From positions 1,120,001 through 1,184,000 of the forward strand of contig OZ220480.1 in the NCBI GenBank assembly GCA_965116025.1: 64,000 bases of DNA. The letters are read 5' to 3'. A model generated the notes under the pieces. That model was given only the letters and a program-made list of their open reading frames with translations, was not told where the DNA came from and made no database searches. Both the position numbers and the translations under genes were made by a program. The DNA comes from an uncultured candidatus Porisulfidus sp. (GTDB lineage: Bacteria; Pseudomonadota; Gammaproteobacteria; Poriferisulfidales; Poriferisulfidaceae). Below are positions 18,453 to 28,440 of the stretch, piece after piece; position 1 is the first letter of the stretch; each line of letters begins with the position of its first letter.

Positions 18453-20318
18453 GTGACCGAACTGGAGAAACAGCGTCACGCCTTTGAGGCGGAAGTCGAT
18501 CAGGTGCTGCATCTGGTGGCCCATTCCCTGTACTCGCACAAGGAGATTTTCCTGCGCGAGTTGATCTCCAACGCGGCGGACGCGCTGGACCGTCTCCGCT
18601 TCGAGGCGCTGTCGAACGATGGTTTGTACGATGGGGACAGCGAACTGGGAATTCGCATCGAGGTGGACGCGAAAGGCCGAACCCTGACTATTTCCGATAA
18701 TGGCATCGGCATGAGTCGCGAGGAGGTCGTCAGCAACATCGGCACCATCGCCCGCTCCGGCACGCGCGCGTTCTTGCAGTCGCTCGACAAGGAGAAGCGG
18801 GGCGAGATCAGCCAGATTGGGCAATTCGGGGTCGGCTTCTACTCGGCGTTCATCGTGGCCGACCAAGTGACCCTGCTCACTCGTCGCGCGGGCGAGGATC
18901 AGGGGACGCGTTGGGAGTCCGACGGAAAGGGTGGGTACGATCTCTCCCAAGCGGATTCGCTTCCACGCGGCACTTCGGTCGCCTTGCGTTTGAAAGAAGA
19001 CGAATCCGAGTTCTTGGAGGATTATCGGTTGCGCGAGGTGATCAAGCGGTACTCGGATCATTCCCCGTTCCCTATCCTCCTGCAGTCGCGCGACGATAAG
19101 GGAGAGCCCACGGGCGATTGGGACACGGTCAATCAGGCGAAGGCGCTGTGGACGCGCCCGAAGAAAGATTTGAGCGACGAGGATTACCGCGAATTCTACC
19201 CGCATGTCGCGCATGACTCGAACCCGCCGCTGGCTTGGACGCACCACCGGGTGGAAGGGCGGAACGAATACAGCTTGTTGCTGTATCTGCCGAGCAAGGC
19301 CCCGTTCGATCTGACGGATCCGAATCCGCGGCACGGCGTCAAACTGTACGTGCAGCGGGTCTTCATTCTGGACGATCCGGACAAGCTCATGCCGCGCTAC
19401 CTGCGGTTCGTGCGCGGGGTCGTCGATTCGAGCGATTTGCCGCTGAACATCTCCCGGGAGTTGTTGCAGAGCAACCGCGTGCTGGAAACCATCCGCAGCG
19501 CCTGCGCGCGGAGGGTTCTGGATCTACTAGAGGATCTGAGCGAGAACCGAAAGGAGGACTATGCTGAGTTTTGGGCGGAGTTCGGTGGCGCGCTGAAAGA
19601 AGGGGTTATCGAGGATGTCGGGAACCAAGCGCGAATCCTGAAACTATTGCGCTTCCACTCGACCCATGGCGATGACGGCGCGCCGGAAGTCGCCTTGGAC
19701 GACTACATCGGGCGCATGGGGAAGGGACAGGAGAAGATCTATTTTCTGACGAGCGACAGCTTGGTGGCCGCCCGGAACAGTCCACATCTGGAGGCGTTTC
19801 GGGAGCGGGGCGTCGAGGTGTTGCTTATGACGCATCCGGTCGATGAGTGGATGATGAGCTGGGTGCGGGAATATGAAGGAAAAACCTTTCGGTCTATCGC
19901 CGAAGGAGAGCTTGATCTGCCAGGGGCGAAGGAGGGGAAACCGGAGAAGGAATCCGCTGGCGACGATCCGTTGTGCGAGCGCATCAGGGAAGTTCTTGGC
20001 GACGAGGTGGAGGAAGTGCGCCGCTCTTCGCGGCTGACCGATTCTCCGTCCTGCCTGGTTCGTGGCGAGAACGAGATCTCACCGGCATTGTGGGATCTGA
20101 TGCGTCGGCAAGGGCAGACCTTACCGAAGCCGAAGCGGATTCTCGAGGTCAACCCGGAGCACGGTTTGCTACAGCGGATGCGAGACGACGAGGATCGGTT
20201 TTCGGACTGGTCGCGCTGGTTGCTGGATCAGGCGGTTCTGGCGGACGGCGGGACGCTTGAGGACCCCAGCGCGTTCGTGGGCCGGATGAACGCGTTACTG
20301 GCATCGGGGTCGGAGTGA
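18453..20318 (+). CDS. htpG: Molecular chaperone HtpG (Hsp90)
   Basis: EIFLRELISNAADA, DNGIGMS, IGQFGVGFYSAF, LPLNISRE. Confidence 0.97.
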   Translation: MTELEKQRHAFEAEVDQVLHLVAHSLYSHKEIFLRELISNAADALDRLRFEALSNDGLYDGDSELGIRIEVDAKGRTLTISDNGIGMSREEVVSNIGTIARSGTRAFLQSLDKEKRGEISQIGQFGVGFYSAFIVADQVTLLTRRAGEDQGTRWESDGKGGYDLSQADSLPRGTSVALRLKEDESEFLEDYRLREVIKRYSDHSPFPILLQSRDDKGEPTGDWDTVNQAKALWTRPKKDLSDEDYREFYPHVAHDSNPPLAWTHHRVEGRNEYSLLLYLPSKAPFDLTDPNPRHGVKLYVQRVFILDDPDKLMPRYLRFVRGVVDSSDLPLNISRELLQSNRVLETIRSACARRVLDLLEDLSENRKEDYAEFWAEFGGALKEGVIEDVGNQARILKLLRFHSTHGDDGAPEVALDDYIGRMGKGQEKIYFLTSDSLVAARNSPHLEAFRERGVEVLLMTHPVDEWMMSWVREYEGKTFRSIAEGELDLPGAKEGKPEKESAGDDPLCERIREVLGDEVEEVRRSSRLTDSPSCLVRGENEISPALWDLMRRQGQTLPKPKRILEVNPEHGLLQRMRDDEDRFSDWSRWLLDQAVLADGGTLEDPSAFVGRMNALLASGSE

Positions 20319-20450
20319 CGCGATAGTCGCTTCTGCCCGCGTCTCGGCCTGAAGCGAGGACTCTTGCCCCTCGGAGTCCATTCACTGGAATAATGTTTTC
20401 GCCGCGACGGCCGGGAAGGCGTCGTGAGGTCGCGGAAGGTCAGGGATAGA

Positions 20451-21518
20451 ATGAGCGGGCAGGCGCCCATCATGGAAAATCTGGAATTATTCGGAAATTC
20501 GCGCTCGCGAAAGAGCCCGAGAGTGGAGGTTTTGTGTGGCGACGCGCTGGACATGCTCAAAGAGATTCCCCCATCGTCGATCGATTGCCGCGTCACGTCT
20601 CCTCCCTACTGGGGGCAGCGAGAATACAGCAATGGTGGCGTCGGGCTGGAGTCCAAGCCTGATGACTACATCGACCGCATTTGCCGAATCGCTTCGGAGA
20701 TTCGGCGCGTCCTCACTCCGGCAGGATCGTTTTGGCTGAACATAGGTGACGCGTATCGGGATAAATCTCTCGTCGGGATACCTTGGCGCGTCGCGATAAA
20801 GCTTATGGACGAGCAAGGCTGGATATTGCGGAACGACGTTATTTGTCACAAAGTGAAGGGCGCGCCCGACAACTCCAGAGACAAGCTCAGGCACGTCTAC
20901 GAGGACATGTTCCATTTCGTGCTTAGTAAACAGTGTTACTACGACATAGACTCGATCCGCTCAAAGCCTCGCCGCACCACAATCAAGAATGGGGCGGTCA
21001 TTTCCGCGACCGGCGTGTCGGGAGTTCGGTATAAGAGACAAATCGAGTTGTCTACCGCTTTGACCGACGAGGAAAAGAAAAACGCGCTTTCGTCGCTTGA
21101 CGATATTTTGTCGGAGATGGCGGCGGGCCGCTTGTCGGATTTTCGCATGATAATTCGTGGCCAACAGCGGGCGACGCACTCGGACAGCGAACGATTGTCT
21201 GGACGAGCGAAAGAACTGCGGAAGAAAGGGTTTTATTTCCTGAAATATCATCCAGACGGAGCGAAGCCGCCAGATGTGTGGGACATCATTCCCGAAGATA
21301 CGCAGAAGAGAGCGAATCACTTCGCGCCATACCCGGAAGACCTGTGCCGAATACCCGTGATCTCTACGTGCCCGCCTGGCGGGGTCGTTCTTGATCCGTT
21401 CTGCGGCACGGGAACCACTCTCGCCGTGGCTATCAGGCTTGGAAGGGCTGGTATTGGCATCGACATTTCGCCAGAATACGTGGAGATGACTAAAGCCCGT
21501 ATCGCTTCGTTGCGATGA
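20451..21518 (+). CDS. Site-specific DNA methyltransferase (N4-C/N6-A, beta order)
   Basis: TSPPY (motif IV) precedes VLDPFCGTGTT (motif I). Start uncertain. Confidence 0.9.
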   Translation: MSGQAPIMENLELFGNSRSRKSPRVEVLCGDALDMLKEIPPSSIDCRVTSPPYWGQREYSNGGVGLESKPDDYIDRICRIASEIRRVLTPAGSFWLNIGDAYRDKSLVGIPWRVAIKLMDEQGWILRNDVICHKVKGAPDNSRDKLRHVYEDMFHFVLSKQCYYDIDSIRSKPRRTTIKNGAVISATGVSGVRYKRQIELSTALTDEEKKNALSSLDDILSEMAAGRLSDFRMIIRGQQRATHSDSERLSGRAKELRKKGFYFLKYHPDGAKPPDVWDIIPEDTQKRANHFAPYPEDLCRIPVISTCPPGGVVLDPFCGTGTTLAVAIRLGRAGIGIDISPEYVEMTKARIASLR

Positions 21519-22373
21519 GTAAAGTCGTGGACCTGTTCGGAGTAGATGTCGCCGCGAGTCGTGGCGTGGACTGGGAGCGGTTGCTTGCGGATCAGCAGTG
21601 CCCTTTCATAGAGAAGAAATGTCACAAGGTAAGGAAGTCCCAACCCGAAATCTCCATCGGAATATGCGCGGTAAGTCATGGGCGCGAATCCGTTCCAATC
21701 ATTATTTGTCCGAATCGCTTTCTTGAACGACGGCAGATTTTCGTTGATTGTCTACATCTATTGAAAGCCCATTCGCCGGGCCAAGAGTTGCACGTTGTGC
21801 CTGAGGTTGGCGTTCCAGGCGGCAGTGTGGATTTTCTTCTCGCTTCTACTCTGGATGGGCGCGTCAGGGATTTTGTCGGGATCGAAATTCAAGCGCTGGA
21901 TACTACCGGCACTGTATGGCCGGAGCGGCAACGTTTGCTTCGCGATTTGGGGTTCGACGTTGAAGATGCTGATATCCATTCAGACAAGCTTTATGGCATG
22001 AATTGGAAGATGACGGCCAAGACTCTACTGGTGCAACTTGCATCATAAGGCGCGTACCTTCGAGCATTTGAACAAGCATCTTGTGCTGGTGGTTCAGGAC
22101 CAGCTTCTGGGCTACATGAATCGAGAATTTAGATTTGAGCATCTGAATGCGGCCCGAGATGCTGATTCCAGGCACTTTCACTCCTACCGCTTGGCGGAAA
22201 ACCCAGGGGGACACCGGGTCGCTTTGTCAGAACGCTACAGCACAGATACCGAGGGAATCGCCGTTTGTTTAGATCTTCGGGCCGATGCGAGCGTAGACTT
22301 GGCGCATATCGTGGCAGGCGTCGAGTCGAAAATATCAGAGGATACTCTGCTCGATTTCGCTGGCGATGATTGA
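21515..22373 (+). pseudogene. NotI-like type II restriction endonuclease, frameshifted near 22038
   Basis: Cys pattern CPF..KCHK..ICAV..IICPNRF and VDF..GIEIQALDTTG. Frame breaks at GTG CAA CTT G CAT CAT AAG and continues as HHKARTFEHLNKHLVLVVQD in another frame. Confidence 0.8.
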
Positions 22374-22522
22374 TGCGGGAATCCAGAGGCGAATATAGGG
22401 CGATTTTGAGAAGGCGCGGAGGCTGTAGAGCCAAAGCTGAAAAATCCGCCACTTCCAGATTAGCGCCATCCGCGATCAAACGAGATTGATTTCGAGCCGA
22501 GTCGTCGAGACCGGACTCTCGC

Positions 22523-22732
22523 TCACCTCAATCTATCGTAGCGATAGTTTCCCTTGATCGCGCTGTTGAAATATTTGCCCTTGGATTCCGCTTGCAGGAA
22601 ATCCTCGAAGACCGAAGAATCAACGTCGTAATAGACATAGACGCGACGGGACTCCAGAAAGCGCACGCAAAGTACCATGGAGGTGGGATCATAGCCGATC
22701 TCCTCGACGCTGGATGATGTCACGCGACGCAT
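22523..22732 (-). CDS. KTSC domain protein
   Basis: VTSSSVEEIGYD...YVYYDV...FLQAESKGKYFNSAIK. Confidence 0.85.
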   Translation of the reverse strand: MRRVTSSSVEEIGYDPTSMVLCVRFLESRRVYVYYDVDSSVFEDFLQAESKGKYFNSAIKGNYRYDRLR

Positions 22733-22781
22733 GGGCGGTATGGCTTTTCCCGATCTCAAAGGGCGGGTTATTCTAGGGCTT

Positions 22782-23144
22782 TTAGACGTCCAGCATCAGC
22801 TTGAGCGGTTTTCGCATCCCCGCGATCTTGCAGGCTTGCTGCCCATAACCGAACGGAAACAGACTGTACAGATACCGGCGGGAAGCTTTGTCTTCCTCTC
22901 CGTTCGCCCGTTCCTTCAGGTGCTTCAGGACGGCGCGGGCCTCCGGCACAACGTGCCGCTCCTCGTAGCGCTCCCGGACGAAGTCGATCACCACCCAGTG
23001 TTCCGGAGTGAGGAGGATTTTTTCCTCGGCCGCGATCTCCAGGGCGAGCTCGCGGCTCCACGCCGCCGGGTCAAGCAGGAAGCCCTCGTTATCCTTTTCC
23101 GGGATTTGAGAGCGAGACGGGTTGTTGGCTTTGGGATCGCTCAT
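22782..23144 (-). CDS. TusE/DsrC-family protein lacking the C-terminal cysteine(s)
   Basis: DNEGFLLDP..WS..LA..IA..E.I.LT.EHW.VI.FVR; LYSLFP; ACKIAGMRKP followed by LKLMLDV. Confidence 0.85.
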   Translation of the reverse strand: MSDPKANNPSRSQIPEKDNEGFLLDPAAWSRELALEIAAEEKILLTPEHWVVIDFVRERYEERHVVPEARAVLKHLKERANGEEDKASRRYLYSLFPFGYGQQACKIAGMRKPLKLMLDV

Positions 23145-23147
23145 GGG

Positions 23148-23567
23148 CTATCCGACCAGTTTCAGCAAGGCCGCGCGAGGCGTCACGATATCGGCGATCG
23201 TGCGCTCGTCCAGCGCGGCCAGAAATTTGTCCGTCGCGTGATCGATCACTCCTCTCAAGGCGCAGACCGGAAGGATTGGGCAGGGCTTCGTATCGCAGTC
23301 GACGAGATTCAGGGTCGATTCCATGTCTCGAACCACCATGCCGACCGTGATGTCTTCTGCGGGTCGGGCTAGTTGGACCCCGCCGCCGCGCCCTTGGACC
23401 GAAAGGACGTAGCCAAGGGACGCCAGCCGGTTTACCACCTTCGTGAGCAGGTGGCGATTCATCCGGAATTTCTCCGCGATCTCATCGATCGTCGACGCGC
23501 TTTCCGGCCGAAGAGCCAGGCACATCAGGACGCGCAGGGCGTTGTCGGTGTATCGGGTCAGTCGCAT
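23148..23567 (-). CDS. nsrR: Rrf2-family NO-sensing repressor
   Basis: MRLTRYTDNALRVLM, QGRGGGVQLARP, three Cys in LVDC..PC..PVC. A matching box lies upstream of the operon. Confidence 0.85.
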   Translation of the reverse strand: MRLTRYTDNALRVLMCLALRPESASTIDEIAEKFRMNRHLLTKVVNRLASLGYVLSVQGRGGGVQLARPAEDITVGMVVRDMESTLNLVDCDTKPCPILPVCALRGVIDHATDKFLAALDERTIADIVTPRAALLKLVG

Positions 23568-23579
23568 GGCGCGCCAAGA

Positions 23580-24152
23580 TCAGGAATAATGGGCTCGTGG
23601 CCGCGCCAGCGATTGAACGTTCATGAACAGGGGCAAGGCCCAGATCATGCAGAGCGCCGCCGCGACGATCAGGAGCCCTTGGCCGAGCAGAATCTGGTCA
23701 TCCAGCAAATAACTGTTGCAGAGTCTGTCCGGGGAAATCAGGTAGATCCATCCCAGCCGGGCCAGCATGACGAGAAACTCGATTTTCAGCAGCGCGGCGA
23801 CGATGGGATGCAGGGCGGGCCAGCTCAGCGACAGAGGAAACCCGACCAGAAAGGCGAGGGAGAGGTATTTCAGCCAAGCCACGCTTTCGTATGCCAGCGA
23901 GTAGTCCAGCCATTTCGGGATCATCCAGAACGCCAGCGCGAAGCTCGCGATCAGGACTCCCGGCGCGCCGCCACGATTGAGAACGCGCAGCGCCTTGGAC
24001 CATCTTTCCCGAAAAGGATGGGCGATGAGGTAACCGGCCAAGGCGAGCAGGGGCAACTGGACCATGACGTGACTGGTCATGGCGCTCTCGAGGAATCCTC
24101 TCGCCGGCGTGGTCAGCGTCAGCGCGAGGATGGCGACTCCGGCCCACGCCAT
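23580..24152 (-). CDS. Multi-pass membrane protein (CtaG-like / sNOR-cluster accessory protein)
   Basis: LESAMTSHVMVQLPLL, FWMIPKWLD, RLCNSYLLDDQ; several TM helices. Confidence 0.7.
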   Translation of the reverse strand: MAWAGVAILALTLTTPARGFLESAMTSHVMVQLPLLALAGYLIAHPFRERWSKALRVLNRGGAPGVLIASFALAFWMIPKWLDYSLAYESVAWLKYLSLAFLVGFPLSLSWPALHPIVAALLKIEFLVMLARLGWIYLISPDRLCNSYLLDDQILLGQGLLIVAAALCMIWALPLFMNVQSLARPRAHYS

Positions 24153-24153
24153 T

Positions 24154-24774
24154 TCAGGAGCCTTTGGCGCGTTCCGAGATCTCGTCGACGATGGACCGGA
24201 CGTCCGCGTAATCGTAAACACCGATGAGCCGATTGGACTCGACCAGGTGGAACGCGGCGTTGTGGACGAATCCCCCATATCCGTCGGGGACGATCGTCAC
24301 GCCGAATTCCTTGAGGAGCCGTCGTTCCGGCTCGGGGTCGGAAAACCGCAGGGCCTGCCACAGATCCGTCTCGGCCGCGTGCCGATCCAGATAGGCCGCC
24401 AGGGTTCGCGGCGATTCGTTCCTCGAATCGAAACTCACGCTCAGTAGTTCCACGCGGTCCGACAGTTCCCGCTCTTTCAGGGCGGCCTGCAACTGGGCGA
24501 ATTCCCGCCCCATCGCCACGCATGTCGTTGGGCAGCGCGTGTAGATGAAGCCGACGACCTGGTGGCTTCGGCCAGGCCGGCCGAGCGCGCGCGGCGTTCC
24601 TTCGTGATTCTCTAGAAGGACGGGCGTCAGCTCTCGCGGCGTTTCTTGGAGCGCGACGCGCCTTTCGGTCTCGGTGGTGAACGCGCGTAAGCCGGACGTT
24701 CCGGCCCACAGCGCGCTTGAGCCGGCGAGGATGACCGCGCAGGAGGCCAGAATGGTGGGCAGGAGCGATTTCAT
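24154..24774 (-). CDS. SCO1/SenC copper chaperone
   Basis: FIYTRCPTTC (CxxxC) and FVHNA. ATGA overlap with subunit I. Confidence 0.9.
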   Translation of the reverse strand: MKSLLPTILASCAVILAGSSALWAGTSGLRAFTTETERRVALQETPRELTPVLLENHEGTPRALGRPGRSHQVVGFIYTRCPTTCVAMGREFAQLQAALKERELSDRVELLSVSFDSRNESPRTLAAYLDRHAAETDLWQALRFSDPEPERRLLKEFGVTIVPDGYGGFVHNAAFHLVESNRLIGVYDYADVRSIVDEISERAKGS

Positions 24775-26216
24775 TCCGGGTCGACTCTGCCAAGCCGGGC
24801 GATGAGCGAACTCAGGAAAACCACGATACCGGCCAGGACCGCGGCGCCGAACACGGAGGCGAGTTGGTCGTGCGGGAGCCATTCCGGGTAGTGGACGGCC
24901 CAGCGACGGGGGACGCTCGCGCTGCCGCTGACCAGAAACGTGAGGCAGAACCCGAAGCCCCCGCCCGCGAAGAGCCAGAAGCCGACGCCGTCCATTTTCG
25001 ACACGCGCGCGTCGGGATGGGCGCGGGTCGCGTAGTACATGAAGCCGAATAGCATGGCGACCAGCCCCAGGATCAGGTACATGTGAAAGTGGCCAGGCAC
25101 CCACATCGTGTTGTGCATCACGCTGTTGACCATGATGGTCCCGTCGATCACGGCCGGGATCACGCCCGCGGCCCAGCCGAACATGGACAGGAACAGAAGG
25201 CCCGACGCCATATCCCATCGGATGCCCGAGCGGTGGACGAGCATCATGGCTCCGTAGACCGTCACGACCAGCACCGGCAGGCCGCTCGCGTAAGAGATGA
25301 CCTGTCCCATAACCAGCATCCAGGTTGGCATGACGAAGTCCATCAAGAGATGGTGGGGATAGACGATCATGACCATCAGGGTCGACGCGGTCCAGGCGGC
25401 CAGGAAGACCCGGCTGACCTTCCAGGGACGTTTCGCGTATTCGGGAAGGATCTCGTAGACCGCGACCACGGCCTGATAGATGGTCGCGTTGATGAACACG
25501 TGCCCGAAGAAGTACGTCAGGTTCTTCGCGAGCAGCGGGTCGAGCTGAAACGCGGGGAGAAACAGGTTGAGCAGGATCAGCGCGAGGACGATGGCGCCGG
25601 CGGCGATGCCCGCGATGTTGACGATCAGCACCATGGTGGCCGCGACCACGGTGGCGGGCGGCGCTTCCTGATCGCTTCCCCGGAACAACTGTGGCCAACC
25701 CAAGCTTTTGCCAAAATTTCCATACTTGGCGAGAATGGCCCGAGCCACATCCAGATACAGTAGCAGGAATCCCGTTCCTATGGCTAGCAAGCCAGCGAGA
25801 TAGGAGGCGGCGCCGACGGGGCCCCACATCCCGAGCCCGTGGGAAGGCAAGGGAAACAGGAAGGTCCAGCCGCCACCGAATCCGCCGAGGAAGATCCCGC
25901 CCAGAACCAGGATCGCGCCGATCAGGAACAGCGCCAGATTGAGGAGAAGCACGGCGGCGCTCAGTGCCACGTACTTTCGCAGAAAGTACCACAGGACGGC
26001 GCTGGCCGCGAGCCCGACCGCGCCGACCAGCCCGGCGCCGTGGGCGGTCATCGCTTGGTAGAACAAATCGGGCGGCAGGCTCAACCATCGCGCTTGGGCC
26101 AGTCGCATGAGCACGCCGACCCCCATCATCAAAACGAAGATGGTGACGCTCACCGACAAGTAGGCGATCAGCGCGTTTTTGCTGACGCGGGTCAGGTTCC
26201 CGTGCGTTCTGAACAT
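24771..26216 (-). CDS. Heme-copper oxidase superfamily subunit I, sNOR (NorY)-like nitric oxide reductase
   Basis: Six His ligands: TAHG, FFGH, PHH, GHFH. Asn in HVFIN replaces the cross-linking Tyr of O2 reductases. Confidence 0.8.
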   Translation of the reverse strand: MFRTHGNLTRVSKNALIAYLSVSVTIFVLMMGVGVLMRLAQARWLSLPPDLFYQAMTAHGAGLVGAVGLAASAVLWYFLRKYVALSAAVLLLNLALFLIGAILVLGGIFLGGFGGGWTFLFPLPSHGLGMWGPVGAASYLAGLLAIGTGFLLLYLDVARAILAKYGNFGKSLGWPQLFRGSDQEAPPATVVAATMVLIVNIAGIAAGAIVLALILLNLFLPAFQLDPLLAKNLTYFFGHVFINATIYQAVVAVYEILPEYAKRPWKVSRVFLAAWTASTLMVMIVYPHHLLMDFVMPTWMLVMGQVISYASGLPVLVVTVYGAMMLVHRSGIRWDMASGLLFLSMFGWAAGVIPAVIDGTIMVNSVMHNTMWVPGHFHMYLILGLVAMLFGFMYYATRAHPDARVSKMDGVGFWLFAGGGFGFCLTFLVSGSASVPRRWAVHYPEWLPHDQLASVFGAAVLAGIVVFLSSLIARLGRVDPE

Positions 26217-26243
26217 GCTCTTTCCTCCAGCGCGTCGGCCGCT

Positions 26244-26774
26244 TTATCGAGCTTTCTCGATCACGGTGAGCTCGGCCACCATGGCGTGGTGGGCGAGGCC
26301 GCAAAGCTCGAGGCACAGGATCTGATAGACGCCCGGCTCCTCGAACGTGTATTCCAGCTGGTTCACGTAATTCGGCATGGCTTGGGTTTGCGCCACCAGG
26401 ATCAGGTCGTCGTCGTAGATTCCTAGGCCGTGGTTGACGTCGGCGCTAGTGACGTTGAAGACGACGGGTTCTCCCGCCGTGATATCGGTCTCGCTGAGGG
26501 TCCAATACCACTGGTGCCCAACCACGTCGATGGTGGTGGGAGTGGCGGCGCTGGCGTGGCCCGGATACGGAAGTCGTTGCAGGGTCGCGGTGGTGACGAC
26601 CACGCCGAGGGCCACCAGGATCCAAAACAGTTTCGCTCGAAAACCCAGGCCCCGCGCCTGTATGGACGCGTATTCCCGCGTTTTTCCAGATCCCGCGACG
26701 ACGTACGCGAACGCCAGAAGCAGGATCAGGATCAGCGCGACGGTGACCGACAGGGTCAGAGCGTGAAGCGTCAT
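26244..26774 (-). CDS. CuA-containing subunit II (NorS-like)
   Basis: Two TM helices, GHQWYW, ADVNHG, CLELCGLAHHAM; GAGGAG RBS. Confidence 0.88.
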   Translation of the reverse strand: MTLHALTLSVTVALILILLLAFAYVVAGSGKTREYASIQARGLGFRAKLFWILVALGVVVTTATLQRLPYPGHASAATPTTIDVVGHQWYWTLSETDITAGEPVVFNVTSADVNHGLGIYDDDLILVAQTQAMPNYVNQLEYTFEEPGVYQILCLELCGLAHHAMVAELTVIEKAR

Positions 26775-26790
26775 TGGGCTACCCCTCCTC

Positions 26791-26815
26791 AAACATGCAT
26801 TTAAAATGCTTGTTT
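26791..26815. promoter_or_regulatory. NsrR binding site
   Basis: AAACATGCATTT-A-AAATGCTTGTTT, a 12-1-12 inverted repeat with 1 mismatch, resembling the proteobacterial NsrR consensus; 16 nt upstream of the subunit II start codon. Confidence 0.85.
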
Positions 26816-26985
26816 CATTGTACGCTCGCGGGCGGACGCGTCAAGTCTCGGCCTCCTAGGATTGAAACGACCGCCGCTCGGTTGCGGGACTCCGAAAACG
26901 GCCAAGGTGGCAGATTCCAAGGTCCGGAGCGTGATGCCATGCGCCGCATATGTTCGGGAAGGTCGGGAGCCGGGGCAGGTGGGAG

Positions 26986-28053
26986 TCAGTCTTCCTCGCG
27001 CGCGAGGCGCGCGACGAGGTCGTCCGCCATCCGGATCACCTCCTCCACGGTGATCAGGCCCATCACGTCCGGGTCGTGGATCTTGTGGCCCCAGCGCAGT
27101 TCGGAGACGCTTTTCCCAAGCCGGTACGCGGCCGCGTCCTCATAGCGATCCACGCACCACTCAAGGCTGCGATAAGGCCCCGTGCGGCGGGGGTTGGAGT
27201 TCGCGTACAGGCCGATCGCCGGAATGCCGGCGATCGCGGACATGTGGATCGGGCCGGAGTCCGGGCCGATCATGAATCTCGCGCGGCGCAATACCGCCAG
27301 CAATTGCCGCAGACTGGTGCGTCCCGCCAGATTGATCGGCGGCTCTCTCATCCGGTCGCATATCCTGTTGGTGAACTTGATCTGCTCCAGATCCCCGGAG
27401 CATGTGGTCACGATCCGCATTCCATGCGTTTTGACCAGATGGTCCGCGACCTCGGCGTACCGCGTCGCGCGCCAGTTTCGCTCTGGGTTTCCGGCGCAGG
27501 GGCTGATCACCACGATCGGAGGACCATCCGGGATTCGCTCTTCCATCCAAGCGCGCGCCAGCGGATCTTCAGGAACATTCCAGTGGTACCGAAACCGCTT
27601 GGGTGGAATGCCGCTGGCTTTCAGAAACCCCATGAAGCCGTCGAGGACGTGCGCTTGGGCATCTGGATCGATCCGATGGTTGACGAACAGGCCGTGACCA
27701 TCCCGGGCGCGAGCGGAATCAAAGCCGATCCGCACCTTGGAGCGCGCGCATAGGCTGGCCAAGCCGGCGCGCAACGCGACCTGCATCAGGAACAGGCCGT
27801 CAAACCGCCGATTTTTCAAGGTCCGGGACAGTTCCAGAAAGGCTCGCCCTCCAAGGCTTTTCCGGAAGACCACGAGCTCGATTCCCGGGAAGCGTTCCAC
27901 CAGCGGGGCCTCGGTTTCGCTAATGATCCAAGTCAGGCGCGTGTCTGGCCAGCAGTGACGCAGAGTGTGCGCTACCGGCAACATGTGACAGATGTCGCCG
28001 AGCGCCGACAGCCGTAGTAGGCAAAGAGTCTTCGGTGGGTAGGGCAGGGTCAT
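26986..28053 (-). CDS. GT9-family LPS heptosyltransferase (OpsX/WaaC-like)
   Basis: LLRLSALGDICH, NLAGRTSL, IGPDSGPIHMS, NPRRTGPY. Confidence 0.9.
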   Translation of the reverse strand: MTLPYPPKTLCLLRLSALGDICHMLPVAHTLRHCWPDTRLTWIISETEAPLVERFPGIELVVFRKSLGGRAFLELSRTLKNRRFDGLFLMQVALRAGLASLCARSKVRIGFDSARARDGHGLFVNHRIDPDAQAHVLDGFMGFLKASGIPPKRFRYHWNVPEDPLARAWMEERIPDGPPIVVISPCAGNPERNWRATRYAEVADHLVKTHGMRIVTTCSGDLEQIKFTNRICDRMREPPINLAGRTSLRQLLAVLRRARFMIGPDSGPIHMSAIAGIPAIGLYANSNPRRTGPYRSLEWCVDRYEDAAAYRLGKSVSELRWGHKIHDPDVMGLITVEEVIRMADDLVARLAREED

Positions 28054-28239
28054 GCGATACGTCGGGATTCAGGATCCTCAAAGGAACAGGTCTATCGCTA
28101 GAGCGGCCTTCCGTGGCGGGCGTCGCCGCGCACATGGTACCAATTCCAGCGGTATTGATATCGCCAACTTCCGTGTCTGTCGGGCTTTTGCAGGATCGTT
28201 AAGCGTCCGCGCGGTATGGGCGAATTCAAAGCGAAATGC

Positions 28240-28440
28240 GGGCGAGACGATTCTTGAGAAAATCCGGCGGCGCCTTCCCGAGCGCCCGATCCTGACGCTG
28301 GCGAACAAGCATGATTTGCTGCCTGACGGCGCCGCGGCGCCCGGACCGGAAGGCGCCATTCTCCCGTCCGCGAAGTTCGGAAACGGGATCGACGCGCTCA
28401 AGGAGCGGATCGTCGAGTCGCTGGAATTCGAGCGCGCGCG
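28240..28440 (+). pseudogene. Remnant of a TRAFAC GTPase C-terminal part (G4/G5 motifs)
   Basis: PILTLANKHDLL (NKxD) and SAKFGNGIDALKERI (SAK). No G1-G3 motifs upstream in frame. Confidence 0.5.

Noticed and set aside
24154-26316. 720-aa ORF as a single fusion protein
   Set aside because: Only the last 206 aa (SCO) are credible; the rest is an alternative frame over subunit I.
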